NCBI RefSeq assembly: GCF_044704955.1
Contig: NC_091984.1
Coordinates: forward strand, 104,532,001-104,596,000
Source: Pristiophorus japonicus
Taxonomy: Eukaryota
Reading direction: 5' to 3'
Length of the DNA stretch: 64,000 nt
The position numbers and the translations under genes were made by a program. Positions 63,015 through 64,000 of the stretch are shown in pieces (the first letter of the stretch is position 1; every line of letters begins with the position of its first letter). The notes under the pieces were generated by a model. That model had not been told where the DNA came from and searched no databases. It saw only the letters and a list, made by a program, of their open reading frames with translations.

Positions 63015-64000
63015 AGTTAAAAAATCAAGCTATCTAAAGAGAAACGGATAGTTAAACCTGGTTTGCTCATTTTAAGAATCACAGGGCCTTAAGTAATTTA
63101 TTTGAATTGTTGACTATGTGATTAATTTGCATTATAGTGTGAAAAGTATATTTCCAGTAACTAGCTGCAGGAACACAATGATAGTGACCAATTCAAAAAA
63201 AAACTAGCAGGTTTCCCAAAGCGCTGCTCATGGTATGTCAGGTAATATGCTGCTGTATAATGGCATGAGCATGATACCACATAACATTCAATGCATTACT
63301 TTGTAGGAGTTGCTGTAAGTTAATACAGTCAGGCCAATCAGAGCTTATTCCTATTTGGCAAGGTTTGTAGATTGGAACGTGCTTGTAATTTTGGGTCTAG
63401 GTCTGAAAGACAGTATGCCCTTTGTCATTTGTTTAAAATACTTCTTGCTGTCTGTTAAAATACTTCTTGCTGTCTGAAGTGTGACACTCAATTTTTATTT
63501 ACAGTATGTAAAATGATACAGCTCCCTGATGAAGTAGCACTACACAGAACGTCCCAGGTTCAATCCCTGGCTTGCCCAGAGTAAGCTGATCTCAGCCAGG
63601 AAGGCTGCACAGGAAGGGAAGAGTCATCCAAAGTTCCTGCTCCCGTGTGTTATTCAATGACACCATTCTGGAAAGCACTTGTATATCGATAGGATCTCCA
63701 CACACTTGTACAAGCTGCCAATGATTACTGACTGGATTTGCGTCATTTTCTGCTTTCAAATATGGCAACTGTAATTTTCCTTAGAAGAAACTAATGGTCA
63801 AAGTTAGATTAGACTGGTGCCTCATCAATTGTAATTTGACTGATTTAGGGCATCCATGCTTATCCTGCCAGTATGTAATTGTCAGAATAATTTTGATTAA
63901 AGCCAGAGGCTGAAGTCCTGTGCACATTATATAACCCTCTACAAGCAACAATCTTCTGCCTTGATTTTTCTGAGCCACAATTCATCAAAACACCTACCTT

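Noticed and set aside
63433-63476. 22-bp tandem duplication ttaaaatacttcttgctgtctg
   Set aside because: Ordinary local slippage in an intron.

Overview
Vertebrate genomic DNA, most likely a cartilaginous fish (shark), judged from the CR1/RTE/L2 LINE, Deu-domain SINE and PIF/Harbinger repeat landscape. It holds the conserved block IFT25/HSPB11(-), LRRC42(+), LDLRAD1(-) and the last two coding exons of TMEM59(-). I reconstructed these exon by exon with GT-AG junctions and consistent phases; gene names rest on my recollection of the human proteins, not on a search. The most notable non-obvious element is a canonical type I SECIS hairpin at 4626-4713 (+). It resembles the DIO1 SECIS and sits where the DIO1 3' end is expected from human synteny, but no selenoprotein CDS is visible in the window. 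Between it and the window start lie a CR1 and a decayed LTR retroelement carrying its own AATAAA and a gag-UGA-CUAG-protease readthrough junction. Other observations: RFX X-box candidates at the IFT25 and LDLRAD1 promoters, a degenerate ATG16L1-binding motif in TMEM59, a 5'-inverted RTE insertion, a 27-bp microinversion across a nested CR1 junction, a spliced Harbinger Myb/SANT gene remnant and a 40-bp intronic hairpin. There is a 200-N gap at 8881-9080. Repeat boundaries are approximate unless TIRs or TSDs are given.
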